DNA of 64,000 nt from the human T2T-CHM13v2.0 reference genome, Homo sapiens. The position numbers and the translations under genes are program-made. The notes beneath the pieces are model-generated. The model saw only the letters and a program-made list of their open reading frames with translations, ran no database searches and was not told the DNA's origin. The stretch lies in assembly GCF_009914755.1 (NCBI RefSeq), contig NC_060928.1; one strand, given 5' to 3'. Below are positions 1 to 14,467 of the stretch, one piece after another (position 1 is the stretch's first letter; the number at the start of each line of letters is the position of its first letter).

Positions 1-241
1 ATGATTCCAACAAAAACATTATTAAATTTACATATTATCTTCCAGGGTTTGTCCATGTGCCGACAACTGCTATCTAGTTACAATCATAATATATGTACAA
101 TTATGTATTCTGTTTTCCCTCACTTTGCTCTACTACCCTGAAGCATTTTCCAAGTTGCAACATAATTTTCATAATTAGCAAATTAATAGGTTCACATTTC
201 ATCAAGAACCATACTATGGCAATCTGGTACTGTTTAAGATG

Positions 242-370
242 GATTCATTTGATTCATTCATTCATTCATTCAACAAATAATTATTAAGGCCCTACCATGT
301 GGCAGGTCCTTGCCAGCAGTCGAGGACATGCCAGTGATAGGCACGCACAGGCGAGTAACACTGACGTGGC
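242..370 (-). mobile_element. L2 LINE 3' end relic
   Basis: (TTCA)n/CATT tail followed by 'aacaaataattattaaggccctaccatgtggcagg', typical antisense L2 3' terminus. Confidence 0.55.
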
Positions 371-489
371 CTCAAGGTGAGGAAGCAACAGATCAGGGAT
401 TTGTTACTAAAAAATACAACAGTACTGTAAACACCTTTGTGCTTCCAGTTTTTTTTTTTTGAACTATTTTAACAAAAAGTGAATTACAC

Positions 490-1353
<864 letters not shown>

Positions 1354-1362
1354 CCTTTAATT

Positions 1363-2744
1363 ATTTATTGTTATTATTATTATTATGTATTTCCATAGGT
1401 TTTTGAGGAACACATGGTATTTGGCTACATGAATAAGTTCTTTAGTGGTGATCTGTGAGATTTTGGTGCACCCATCACCCGAGCAGTATACACTGAACCC
1501 GATTTGTAGCCTTTTATCATTCACCCCCCTTCCCATCCTTTCCCCCTGAGTCCCCAAAGTCCATTATATCATTCGTATGCCTTTGCATCCTCATAGCTTA
1601 GCTCTCACTTACTTATGAGTGAGAACATACGATGTTTGATTTTCCATTCCTGAGTTACTTCACTTAGAATAATAGTCTCCAATCCCATCCAGGTTGCTGC
1701 AAATGCCATTAATTCGTTCCTTTTTATGGCTGAGTAGTATTCCATTGTATACATATATACCACAGTGTCTTTATCCACTTACTGATTGATGGGCATTTGG
1801 GTTGGTTCCACATTTTTGCAATTGCAAATTTGCTCCTATAAATATGCATGTGCAAGTATCTCTTTTGTATAGTGACTTCTTTTCCTCTGGGCAGATACCT
1901 AGTAGTGGGATTACTGGATCAAACAGTAGTTTTACTCTTAGTTCTTTAAGGAATCTCCACACTGTTTTCCATAGTGGTTGTACTAGCTTACATTCCCACC
2001 AGCAGTGTAGAAGTGTTCCCTTTTTGCCACATCCACACCAACATCTATTGTTTTTTGATTTTTTAATTATGGCCATTCTTGCAGGAGTGTGGTGGTATCG
2101 CATTGTAATTTTGATATGCCTTTCCCTGATCATTAGTGATGTTGAGCATTTTTTCATATGTTTGTTGGCCATTTGCATATCCTCTTTTGAGAACTGCCTA
2201 TTCATGACCTTAGCTCACTTTTTGATGGGATTGTTTTTTTCTTACTAATTTGTTTGAGTGTGTTGTAGATTCTAGATATTAGTCCTTTGTCAGATGTATA
2301 GATTATGAAGATTTTCTCCCACTCTGTGGGTTGTCTGTTTACTCTGCTGACTGTTCCTTTTGCCATGCAAAAGCTCTTTAGTTTAATTAAGTCCCAGCTA
2401 TTTATCTTTGTTTTTATTGCATTTGGTTTTGGGTTTTGGGTCATGAAATCCTTGCATAAGCCAATGTCTAGAAGGGTTTTTCTGATTTTATCTTCTAGAA
2501 TTTTTATAGTTTCAGCTCTTAGATTTAAGTCCTTGATCCAGCTTGAGTTGATTTTTGCACAAGGTGAGAGATGAGGATCCAGTTTCATTCTCCTACATGT
2601 GGCTAGCCAACTATCCCAGCACTATTTGTTGAATAGGGTGTCCTTTCCCCTCTTTATGTTTTTGTTTGCTTTGTTGAAGGTCAGTTGGCTCTAAGTATTT
2701 GGATTTATTTCTGTGTTCTCTATTCTGTTCCATTCGTCTATGTG
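1363..2744 (-). mobile_element. L1PB-like LINE-1, 3' UTR plus ORF2 C-terminus
   Basis: ORFs 2202-2588 (MKLDPHLSP...[11 protein letters not shown]) and 1771-2205 (...[22 protein letters not shown]) are L1 ORF2p C-terminal sequence; 3' UTR resembles L1PB1. Confidence 0.93.
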
Positions 2745-2911
2745 ACAGAACTAGAAAAAACAATCCTAAAATTCATATGGAACCAAAAAAGAGCCTGCAT
2801 AGCCAAAGTAAGACTAGGCAAAAAGAACAAATCTGGAGGCATCACACTACCTGATCTCAAACTATACTATAAGACCATAGTCACCAAAACAGCATGATAC
2901 TGGTATAAAAA
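2745..2911 (+). mobile_element. Inverted 5' segment of the same L1 (twin priming)
   Basis: Translates to [21 protein letters not shown]...[20 protein letters not shown] (L1 ORF2p); the whole element is flanked by 'ggcccctttaatt' at 1350-1362 and 2914-2926. Confidence 0.9.
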
Positions 2912-3083
2912 CCGGCCCCTTTAATTCTTAACAGCATTTGGAACTCATTTGGGTTTTTGTGTAAGTAAAGTATGGACTGAAGTTTATCTCTCTCCCCCAT
3001 TTTCTAACCAGATAGTACACCACCATTAATAAAATAGTTTAAGTTTCCATATAGTATTACATTCTTACATAACAAACTTTCTC

Positions 3084-3394
3084 GGCTGGGCACAGTGGCT
3101 CACACGTGTAATCCCAGCACTTTGGGAGGCCGAGGTGGGCAGACCACTTAGGTCAGGAGTTTGAGACAAGCCTGGCCAACATAGTGAAGCCTCATCTCTA
3201 CTAAAAATACAAAAATTATCCAGGCATGGTGGCATGTGCCTGTAATCCTAGCTACTCAAAAGGCTGAGGCAGGAGAATCTTTGAACCCAAGAGGCAGAGG
3301 TTGCAGTGAACCAAGATTGTGCCACTGCACTCCAGCCTGGGTGACAGAGCGAGATTCTGTCTCAAAAAACAACAACAAGAACAAAAACCCAAAC
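3084..3394 (+). mobile_element. AluS SINE
   Basis: Full dimer; 15-bp TSD 'cataacaaactttct' at 3068-3082 and 3395-3409. Confidence 0.95.
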
Positions 3395-4754
3395 CATAAC
3401 AAACTTTCTATATAGTTCTATTAGTGTGTCTCTACTTTTGTACTAGGATTAACACTTTTCTGATTTTGCTTTATATCATATTTTACTATCCACCAAAAAT
3501 AGCCCTTTATCCTTGTGCACTTCTTTCAAAATATTGCTTATAGTTTTACTCATTTGTTTTTCCAGATGAATTTTATTTTAATTTTGTAGGATACTGTTAT
3601 TAATCTTGTTGAGATTTTTATTGGGATTGCATTTAAGACATACATTATTTTGGTAAAAAATCACACATAATTTATACATCTAATTTTTCCATTTAGGAGA
3701 AGAAACATTTCTCCTCCTACCAAGTCATTTGACTTCTTTCTTAGCATATAAGTAATGTATCCCTCTTGCTAAATTTGTAAGTATTTTATATTTTGGGTAG
3801 CCATTCAGGAAGAAATTAATTAAACATTATAACTGGTTATTATTGGTACATGGGAATGTGATGAATTTTTATATGTTTATTATGTATCTGGAGAGATAAA
3901 ATATTATCTATGAAAGTAAATAGCTTTTTAGTGACTTTTTTTGGCTTTTCTAATTGTGCAATCATGCACTCTTTGCAAATAATGTTATTTGAATCTCTTT
4001 CTGATAGTAATGTCTGCTTAATTTCTTAAGATGACATATCTAGGAAATGGTGAAACTGGGCCTGGCACTGGAATCTGTTGGAGAGATGAGACCATGTTCA
4101 GATGTCCTGTTCATTCAGGAATGTTTCAGGCAAGCTCAGGGCAGGTCTGGCAGGCACAGCCTGGCCTGCTGCAATAGGCATTGACCCATTGTTTTAGGCT
4201 GAGCAAATCTCACTTCTCAGGGCCTCATGGGATCAAGGTAGTTGATTTCTAAGAGTTTGACCAACTTTAAGATACTTTGAAATGAAATTACGTTGAAAAA
4301 GTTATCTAGAAGGCATCAATTTGGGGCAGAGTTTTTAGATAAGAAGAATTGAGTGAGACTTGCTAGAGGAAGGAAGTGTGTGAGGTTGTAAAGAGCAGCA
4401 GTTATCACTGAGAACAAAGCATTGATATAAATATACTCTGTTCCTTTTGTTATGCTATGTACCAGGGCAAAATACTTGCTTCTTGTTTGGGAGTTCTTTG
4501 ACACAAATCTGTTTAATTAACATTCTTGTCTAGATGGTTTTATTTGAGAAGATTGAAAAGTTCATGTATCATTGCAGTGCTGTTTTGTTTTGTTGTATTA
4601 ATAGCTTATTGTAACACTCACTGACCTACTACTGGAATTCTGTGTAAGGAGTGTGAGCCAGGGATAATGGTAAAAAACAGAGAAGAGGGATAAACAGAGC
4701 AAGTTAATGGAAAAAAAGGAAGAGATTGTAAAAATTACTTATCAATAGATACAT

Positions 4755-5046
<292 letters not shown>

Positions 5047-5054
5047 CTAGTACA

Positions 5055-5262
5055 TAACATTAGGCTTAAGACTGTATACTCTAGAGCCAGACTACATAGG
5101 TTCTTATTCTAGCTTGCTACTTGACAGTTATGTGAACTCAGTTTTTCAGTCTTCCCATCTTCATAATAAGGGATAATACGATTTACTTCATAGAATTGTG
5201 AAAATAAACGAGTTAAATAATGTAAAGGGCTTAGACACCATCTCAGGCACACAGTAACCAGT
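5055..5262 (+). mobile_element. MIR SINE
   Basis: 'ctctagagccagactacataggtt...ttatgtgaactcagtttt...catagaattgtgaaaataaacgagtt...tgtaaagggcttaga' MIR core. Confidence 0.65.
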
Positions 5263-5264
5263 CA

Positions 5265-5666
<402 letters not shown>

Positions 5667-6099
5667 TCAGAGGGTGCCTTTCTGAGGTGGCTCCTTGGAT
5701 GCCTCTGTAACTTAAAATTTAGGTGAAACATTTTACTGTCAGAATTCAAAGAACCACATGCTTTGGGTTATTTTATATTTATGAGACTTAATTCCAGTTT
5801 ATGTTCCAACCTGCACATTACATTCTTTACGTGATTTATTGCTACTTGTAATAATACTATTTATAACACTTTTCATCCTTAGTTCTCTCAAGTTTTACAT
5901 ACCTCAATTCATTCCAGGTAAGTAAGTGGGTGGTAAGTAGCAGAATCTCTCATTTTTCAAGCAAAAAAACTCTACAGGCACAATAGTGAAGTGACGCCCA
6001 ACAAATTAGGGGTAGAGTTGGTAATATGATCAGGGGGTTGACTCATTACTCAGGCCTCCGAGCTCTCAGGCACTCTCACAAAATAGCTTATTTCTTTAA

Positions 6100-6340
6100 T
6101 GGAGGTGAGTTGTAGGGCGCACAGGCTCTGTGGTCAGGTCAGACAGATTTGCTTTCAAATCCACTCTACCATATACAAACTGTAGAGTCTTGGGAAAGTT
6201 CCTTGAATGCTCTCAGGTTCTCTGTCTTCCTCTGTAAATTGGAAATGATAATTTTGCCTTCTTTGTAGGTTTGGGTTAAGGAACTAGGTAAGGAAGTGGT
6301 GGATCAAATAACACATAGGAGATGATCAATAATTGTGGTC
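6100..6340 (+). mobile_element. MIR SINE
   Basis: 'gctttcaaatccactctacc...ttgggaaagttccttgaat...cttcctctgtaaattggaaatgataat'. Confidence 0.6.
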
Positions 6341-6605
6341 TTTTCTTTTCTTTGAATTTGTGTCTTTCAGCCACCTTCCCTTGAGCTTATACCATTTTAA
6401 ACAACCTCTTGTGTAAATATTTGAGTCTAACTTTTACAAAGGGAACTGCTAGCTTGGACCTTCAGTAAGGTGGCTTCTGTTTGAATTCTATTCTTCCTCT
6501 ATCTGCCGTTGCATTTTGGATTATGTAGAGTTGCATGATCTGGTCCTGTGTTACAGGAGGTGGAAGAGGGGAAAATGTGGGGCATTGTAAAGAATATTGT
6601 GGTTG

Positions 6606-6782
6606 GAATTTTCTTAACTTTAGCACATCAGAATCCCCTGACATAGTACACAGATTCCTGGGCCCCACCCCAGAGTTTCTGGTTCAGTATGTCTGAGGTG
6701 GGACCTGAAGATTTTTGTTTCTAGCAATATTTAGGTGATGCTGATGAGGCTAGTCTGGGCCCCACACTGTGAGAATCACTGG
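6606..6782. mobile_element. MER5A-type hAT-Charlie MITE
   Basis: 'cacatcagaatcccctg...cagattcctgggccccaccccagagtttctggttcagta...ggtgatgctgatg...cacactgtgagaatcactgg'. Confidence 0.8.
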
Positions 6783-8479
6783 ATTAGGGTGTGCTGTGTG
6801 TAGGAGACCTGCAAAATCTCAATCACTTACAAAAACAGAGGTTTACTACTCACACAATATAACCACATGAGCCAGCTTTTTACATGAACTATTATGTTTT
6901 TGTATAGTCAGCCTCTCCAAGATGCTAAGCTCCTAAGTATCATGGTCACCGTTTCTGTTTTATGTTTTTCACAGCATTTAATTCAGAGCTCAACACAAAT
7001 TCGATTCCCAATGAAGACTTCTTGAGCTATACCGAGAGAAGAAGATCAACAGAAGATTTCTGGCTTTTTATTTCGTGCTACTTTTTAAAATCGCTCCTTC
7101 CATATAGAAGTCTGAGGTCACATGGGCTTTTAGCAAGGCTAGGACAGATCCATTATTATTGTAAATGGAAAATGTAGAAATTAATACATATGCAATATGT
7201 ATATATTTAGATACACCTCATATTGTTCAAACAAAACAAAACAAAAACCCTAAACCCTCTAAAGGGAGGTGAGAGCAGATAGTCTAGTGATGAAAGCCAA
7301 TATAGTTACTATTTTTATATCATAAGTTTCACTCTGAGCTTCTGGCAACAATAAGAGAAGTGTGATGGATTGTATAATTATTTCCTCATCCCTCATCCAT
7401 CCACGGTCTCGATCTGTTCCACCACCGTCTGGTCTCCTTCACTTTCCAGTTTCCTTTCCCTGTGCTGGCCCTCAATTGCTGCTTACAGTCTTCCTGAAAT
7501 TCCTTTCATGGCTTTAAGAAGTTAACACTTCTTTTTATTCTTTTTATACTGTGTCCTTGAAATCTAAGTGAGATGTATGTGTTCTTATGGCTTTAACCCA
7601 ATGACCTCTACTAAATCCCTCCTTCAGGGAGGCAGGGAGGCAGGGAGGGCAGTCTGTCTTCTCCAGTGATCCCAGGTGTGCAGGCTGTGCTCAGCATCAG
7701 AAAGTTCACTTGGCAGGCAGCAAGGCCCATGGTAGTACTCTAGTTCTTCAGGAGAAGAAAACCAGAATGACGCAAGTGCCAGACCCTAAGGAAATACAGC
7801 TGTGGCAAATCAGTTTCCTCTTGAGTGTAGTGGCTTCCTAGAGAAAGATCCTGAAGTCACTTCTGGAGTCTGCAGGAAAGAATGCTGTGATCAACTGGTG
7901 ACATCTGCTGAGATGTTTTCTATTCCTGCATTTTGTAGTAAGCCAACTACTAAGATTGTATCTTAGGCCCAATAAAGAAAAAGACATGGTCCAGGATTGG
8001 GTTATGTGTGAGAGCTCGTTCTCAAAAACAAGAAAGAAGCCCAGTTCCTAGAACTAGGTTAGCAAAGGACTAGACATATATATTGGTTTAATACTCAGTC
8101 ACCTGAATACTGAATTGGGACTTCTTAATAATAATATGTTCTGATTGTTGTGGGGCCTGGAATAGGGCTGAGGCTATACTTTGTGGTCTCCTGGCTCAAG
8201 CTTGAGGGAGGAAAAGGCTTGGGAGAACCAGGCAATTTGGTAGTAATAATGTCAGCTAGTAGACACTTTGTGGTTTGCCAACTGGTGCCCCTTAAGGGTA
8301 TTTTGGATACAAAGGGACCTCCCTTGGAGTGTACCTCTTGAGTCTCCTCCAGCTCTCCTGTGACCAGGACAATTTTCCCACTCCCCTAATCATCAACATC
8401 CCATGACCAGAAAAAGAACAGTTTCAAGATAGAAGAGATGTAAGCATTTATTAAAGTAATCCCTTTATAATATTGATTA

Positions 8480-8800
8480 TTTAGTATCTACTAATCTAGG
8501 CCTCCTGATTAGTAGAAGCCCCTTATTTTAAAGATGAGGACAACTGAAGCCCTGCAAAGGTAAGTGATTTGCCCAAAACCAGTAAGTTATTAGCAGGACT
8601 AGATTTTGACACAAGGTTTAAAGTCAAGCTGACCAGGTTTGTGTGACTTTTGAAATATTATATAACCTTCCTGGACCTCAGATTCCTTATCTGCGACCTG
8701 GGGAAGAGTCTAATATCATTAGAATTGTTGTGAATATTGGATAAAATTTACCAAGTCTTAGTATGATGCAGCATATGTTAAGCATTTAATAAACCACTGT
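8480..8800. mobile_element. Two abutting MIR fragments in opposite orientation
   Basis: 'ttttaaagatgaggacaactgaag...aagtgatttgcccaa' (minus) then 'tgtgactttt...cctcagattccttatctg' (plus). Confidence 0.5.
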
Positions 8801-9205
8801 TGAGATGGTGGAAAAGAGTGCCTGGCCCATGGCAGATACTTAATAAGTCTTAGCCAGTATTACTAAGCAAGCAATTATGATATAATAAGTGCTAGGTCCA
8901 TAGACAGGAGACCATGCCTGAAGGGGTAGGAAACAAAAACCTTCTAGAAGAGATGTTAGTGAAGAGGCAGATGGACAAGACCAAGTGGGGTGGGGAAAGG
9001 GCACTCCAGATGGAGTGAGAACTGAACTCAAGGATGGGCAAGCCACTGGCTCCCAGGTGCCTCTCTAGAAAGGGTACAAAAATACCCCCTGGAGAAAGTT
9101 AGGAATATGGTGCCGTTTAGCTGTAGTTTTCTCACATTATTCCTTATGTAATTGGTGAAATGCAAAATGGTCTGGCTCCTGTTTTGGACATGTAATTTCT
9201 TGTTC

Positions 9206-9504
<299 letters not shown>

Positions 9505-9964
9505 TAATCTCTGGTTCTTAATTTGAACATGTCACAGGGAAAAAATTACTGTGTATAATCCCCACTGTCTTCAAGAAGGGTGGATCTTGGTAACTAGATA
9601 ATCTTTTGTTTGCAAATCACAAATTCCTCAATCTCAGTATAAAGTATTAAGTATGCAAGTTTAGAAAGAGAAACTGGGAAAAGTTAAATAGCTTTACATA
9701 AAAAGGGAGAGATGGGAGATGTACCAAGAAGATGAAGGAAAAAAGACAGTATGCTGGAAGGGAAAGAGAGAGGAGACTCCACCCCTGAGGATATGGGAGC
9801 TGGGGGAAGGAACACAGTGTCTTTAAACTTATTTCTGCCTTGGGCTCTTTTGGAGTCCAGTAAAGCCAATGGACTCCTTTTCAAAATTTTTAAACACATA
9901 AGAGATATAGGATTTTTGTTATAGTAAAGTTGTAATCAAAAAAAAATTTTAAACCACATTTGTT

Positions 9965-11030
9965 TGGGGGGAAGAAGTGATGAACAGGTAGAGCACTGGA
10001 AACTTTTAGGGCAGTGAAACTATTTGATATGATACTATAATGGTGTAACCACCCAGTGGGTTCACCTTGCCCACTGCGTAGACAGCTGATTTATCAAGAC
10101 AGGGGAATTGCAATAGAGTAATTCGCACAGAGCTGGCTGTGCAGGAGACAGGAGTTTTATTATTATTCACATCAGTTTCCCAGAGCATTTGGGGATCAGA
10201 GTTTTTAAGGATAATTTGGTGGGTGGGGGGCCAGTGAGTTAGGAGTGCTGATTGGTTATGTCGGAGATGAAATCATGGGGAGGTGAGGCCATCCCCTCGC
10301 ACTGAGTCAGTTCCTGGGTGGGGACCACAAGACCAGATGAGCTAGTTCATTGATCTGGGTGGTGCCAGCTGATCCATCAAGTGCAGGGTCTCCACAATAT
10401 CTCAAGTACTGATCTTGGGTTTTACAATACTGATATTATCCCCAGGAGAGATTTGGGGAGGGTCGGAATCTTGTAGCCTCCAGCTGCCTGACTCCTTCAC
10501 TGTAATTTCTAATCCTGTGGCTAATTTGTTAGTCTTAACGAAGGCAGTCAAGTCCCCAGACAGGAAGGAGGTTTGTTTTGAAAAAGGGCTGTTATCATCT
10601 TTGTTTCAAAATTAAACTGTAAACTAAGTTCCTCCCAAAAGTTAGTTTGGCCTATGCCCAGGAATGAACAGGGACAACATGGAGGTTAGAAACAACATGG
10701 AGTTAGTTAGGTCAGGTCTCTTTCACTGTAGTAATTTTCTCAGTTATAATTTTGCAACAGCGGTTTCAGTGGTGGATAGATGACATTATACATGTCAAAA
10801 TGCATAAAATGTACATCACCAAAAGTGAACCCTAGTGTACACTATGGACTTTGGGTGACAATGGTTTGTCAATGTTGGTTCATCAATTGTAACAAATGGT
10901 ACCATTCTGGAGCAGGATATCCATAGTGGAGGAGGCTCCGCATGCATGTTGGGGGAAGGGACATGGGAACTCTGTATCTTCCACTCCATTTTGGTGTGAA
11001 TCTAACACCACTTTAAAAAATAGTCTATAT
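9965..11030 (+). mobile_element. L1MC/MD-type 3' UTR fragment, interrupted by LTR8A
   Basis: 'ttttagggcagtgaaactat...gatactataatgg|gtggatagatgacattatacat...aaccctagtgtacactatggactttggg' is continuous once the LTR is removed. Confidence 0.8.
10044..10768 (-). mobile_element. LTR8A-like solo LTR (ERV1)
   Basis: TG...CA termini; reverse complement begins 'tgaaaccgctgttgcaaaattataactgagaaaatt' and ends 'ggcaaggtgaacccactgggtggttaca'; 4-bp TSD atgg/gtgg. Confidence 0.88.
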
Positions 11031-11689
11031 GTTTTAAAAATCCTACTTTTGTGCTAAACTAATATATACATTTCTTTATTAACACTTAAGAAGATCTAGC
11101 ACTGAGTCTACCATAATTCAAATTAGTGATGACTATAAACAATATTCCAGGATATCCAAAACTACTGCAATGTGACATGAAAATGACTCTGATTTCTCTC
11201 GCTGAAAAAAAATCACAAGTACTGCTAATATTATTGTGGTTGGTTTATTACATTCATAATTAAAGGAAACACTAAATTTCAATTACAGGTAATTGAAAAT
11301 AAAGATGGAAATTATTTTCCACCCAAGCTCAGTGACTACCTCCTCAAATTTCATCCAAGGCACCCTTTGGGGAGGAGGGTATCCTATGGATCCCTGATTA
11401 CAGATGCTTTGTCTAGACCTAGAATACAATTGTTCCAATTTCCCCATCTCAAAGACTCTATTGCTGTGTTCCATTATTGTCTTCTAAGGTTTCTAACAAC
11501 TCATCTGTTTTTCTCTTTGTTGTTTTGGCAAGTAATGCCAGTGATTTCTAGAGCCAGGTGACCCTGCATATTCCTAGTGTCCTCTGATATTTAGGAAAAG
11601 CAGAGCTGCCTGTGACATGAACTGAGACAATGTCCTGAAACATTGTAGTAACTGAGAAGGAGGGAATACCACTTACAGTATCTTCAAAC

Positions 11690-11981
11690 TTTTTTTTTTT
11701 TTTTTTTTTTTTTGAGACAGAGTCTTGCTCTGTTACCTAGGCTGGAGTGTGATCTCGGCTCACTGTAACCTCCTGGGTTCAAGCCATTCTCCTGCCTCAG
11801 CCTCCCAAGTAGCTGAGACTACAGGCATGCACCAGAATGCCTGGCTAATTTTTGTATTTTTAGTAGACACGGAGTTTCACCATGTTGGCCAAGCTGGTCT
11901 TGAATTCCTGACCTCAAGTGATCCTCCCGCCTCGGCCTCCCCAACTGCTGGGATTACAGGCATGAGCCACCGTGCCCAGCC
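11690..11981 (-). mobile_element. AluS SINE
   Basis: Poly-T, dimer with small deletions; TSD 'atcttcaaacttt'. Confidence 0.95.
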
Positions 11982-12370
11982 TGGGATCTTCAAACTTTCT
12001 AGTTGGCCTTTTATGTTGGATGCTAGAAAGATGTCTCTCTTTCATTGGTTACTAATAACAATTTGTAGTGTGTTTATGGTACTTTTGAACTTCAAAAGAT
12101 TTGGCCAGTATTAATAGCTTAGTTCTGATGTTGAGTTGATGAGGGTAGAATTGCTTTCTCTTATGAGTATTGCTCCACTATTCCTGAGATCTTAGTCAGG
12201 TGAATATAAGGGAAATATTCCCAAAGACAAACCATTGTTGTCCCAGATGCTGTCTACTACTCACACAGAAGGTGTGCCCTGTAGGCTAGTGATGACACGT
12301 AACTGTGTGGATAAATGAATTCATTTCTTCCTCACTGAGCCCCAAATCCTTCTCAAGACAGTATTTCTGG

Positions 12371-13199
12371 TGATATGGACAGGGGGTAGGGAAATACTGG
12401 GTAGAAGAGGACAGTCCCTGGCGAGGGCCATACCCTCAAGCCTGGGACCATGGCCCAAAGTGAGAACATGCATTCCTGTTTTCCCACCCGAATATTGCCT
12501 TTTACAAAACCACCCTGGCCCACCCCACCCCTGATTCTGTACCCACAAAAACCCCAGGCTTCACTGACAGAGGCACAGCAGAGTGGCTGAGAGGCAGAGT
12601 GGAGCAGCAGCGAAGGAGAAAAGAGAAGTAGCAGCCAGACATCAGAGAGAAACAGCTTGATTTCAGAGGGACAGCTTGACAATGGGACTTCGGAGAAGAG
12701 TTCAGCCAAGGATGGCCAAACTCCAGGGTAAGACCACCTTCCCACTTCATCCCCTTCCCAGCTCCCCATCCTGCTGAGAGCCACTTCCACCGCTCAGTAA
12801 AAACCTCCACATTCACTGCCTTTCAATTCGTTCATGCAGCCTGATTCTTTCTGAATGTCAGACAAGGACTTGAGTACCAAGAAGGTGGGTGCAAAAGGCT
12901 ATCATCCTGACCCCCCACTGAGCTGTTAAACACTTAAGCCATCAGTGGATGGCAAAGCTAAAAGAACACACTGTAACACACACCCTCTGGGGCTTTGGGG
13001 GTTGCAGGTACCCCCCTAGAAGCTGCTGTGGGGCTGCATGGAGTTCTACTCCTGCCAGTGCCCAGAAGTACTCATCCCGGCCACTGCCCCTGCTCACCTG
13101 CATGCTCCCCCTCCCGTGAGGGGTTGAGAGCTATGGGCTGAGTAAACAAGAGAACCCTTTGTGAGCCCCGCAAAGGGGTCAGGGAAGTGTCCAGTTTCA
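12371..13199 (+). mobile_element. MER50-like solo LTR (ERV1)
   Basis: Starts 'tgatatggacagggggtagggaaatactgggtagaagagg', ends 'ccagtttca'; perfect 4-bp TSD 'ctgg' at 12367-12370 and 13200-13203. Confidence 0.88.
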
Positions 13200-13309
13200 C
13201 TGGCAGTAATGGCTATTAATAAATCAAAATAAGTACTTTCTAAAGATGAAATATATTTGCCTTGACTATGTGCTTGAAAAAATGTCACTGTTAAGTAGTC
13301 TTTTATTAA

Positions 13310-13800
13310 TCTCCATTTTCTCCTGGATAAAGCCTAGGCTTCTTGCTATGGTATTCAAGGCCTTCCGTGAACTCATCCCAGCCCATCTTTCCACCATCAT
13401 CTTCTACCTCAAAGCCTAACTTCTGTGCTCCACCTTTTTCTAAACACAAACGGATCTCTCACATCCTGTTTATTTTGCTGAGGACATTCCTTTTGCCTGG
13501 CATGCTCTTGCCTTGTTTTATGCCATTCTTTGTACCCCTAGACATATATGTCCCCCCAGCCAACCTTTCCTGAAGCCATTCCTTCTGGCATTCACTGCTC
13601 CCTCCTGTATGCTTGCTTTATAGGCTTCCTATTACCCCTTTGTCTCACATTGCCTTGAGTTGTCATTAGTTATGGAGCTCTCTATTCCTAGGTAGCTTGT
13701 AAGCCCCCAGTGGGCAGGGACCAGATTTTTTCTATTCCACCCTAACACCTACTTGCATGTAGAAGACACTCAAAAATGTTTATGTGAAAGAATGAATCAT
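13310..13800 (+). mobile_element. L2 LINE 3' fragment
   Basis: 'atggtattcaaggccttcc...tgcctggcatgctc...ggcagggacc...caaaaatgtttatgtgaaagaatgaat'. Confidence 0.65.
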
Positions 13801-14467
13801 CCTACATTGTTCACCTTTAAATTCCCTTTGAACTGTGTTTATGATTTGTAAACACTAGAGATCACCTCTGTGTAACTGATCAACTTATTTCTCTATAAAC
13901 ATAAGGCTTTTCACACGCCACCCATCCCTCATCTCCATTTTCATCTTCCACTCCAGTCACACCTTCCTAAAATCCCTGTAACCCAATCATACCAGGATGT
14001 AGCAGGCTTCTCCAATCCCTGGTGTATTTTTGTATTTCCAGATTTTGATTATCCTGGACCTTCTGTGTGGCATGTCCTTTCTCCTTATCTATCTAGCAAA
14101 CTTCTACTCATCCTTCAAAGCCCACTAAAATATCTTGTGAATCTCATAGGCTTTCTCATCCTACCAAGACAGAATTAATTGCTCTCATATTTGTTTTTTG
14201 TCAGTGCTTAAAACAATGCCAGTTGCATATTGGTTGCTTAATAACTAGTTGTTGAAACTGAACCAATTGCTCCAAGTTCTTTGTTTATGGTATAGTTTCA
14301 GTTAGAAGAAAACCCACTGGTCAGCAACTCAGGCTCTCAGATCAGTCTTGCTAAACCAGAGATCCATAAGTGAGTAAACAGAATGTGAGTAGGATTCAGG
14401 GAGGTGATGCCCCTGAAGTCTTAATTCTCTGTGCATAATTCTCCAATTGTGTGCAAATGCTTGAAAC

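Larger units (their letters stand above)
9835..11400. mobile_element. hAT-Charlie-like DNA transposon relic split by L1 and LTR (pieces ~9835-9955 and ~11045-11400)
   Basis: 'agtaaagccaatggactcctt...' and 'gaaaataaagatggaaattattttccacccaagctca' resemble Charlie-family MER sequence; family unresolved. Confidence 0.4.

Noticed and set aside
1771-2897. L1 ORF2-like ORFs as active CDS
   Set aside because: Truncated, inverted and broken by stops or frameshifts; retrotransposon relic.
5905-5925. Plus-strand 'attccag|gtaagt' AG|GT motif
   Set aside because: Weak pyrimidine tract, and it lies at the edge of a MIR whose consensus has a similar 'aggtag' phrase.
12321-12816. 145-aa and overlapping minus-strand ORFs
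   Set aside because: They lie within the MER50 LTR and resemble no protein I know.
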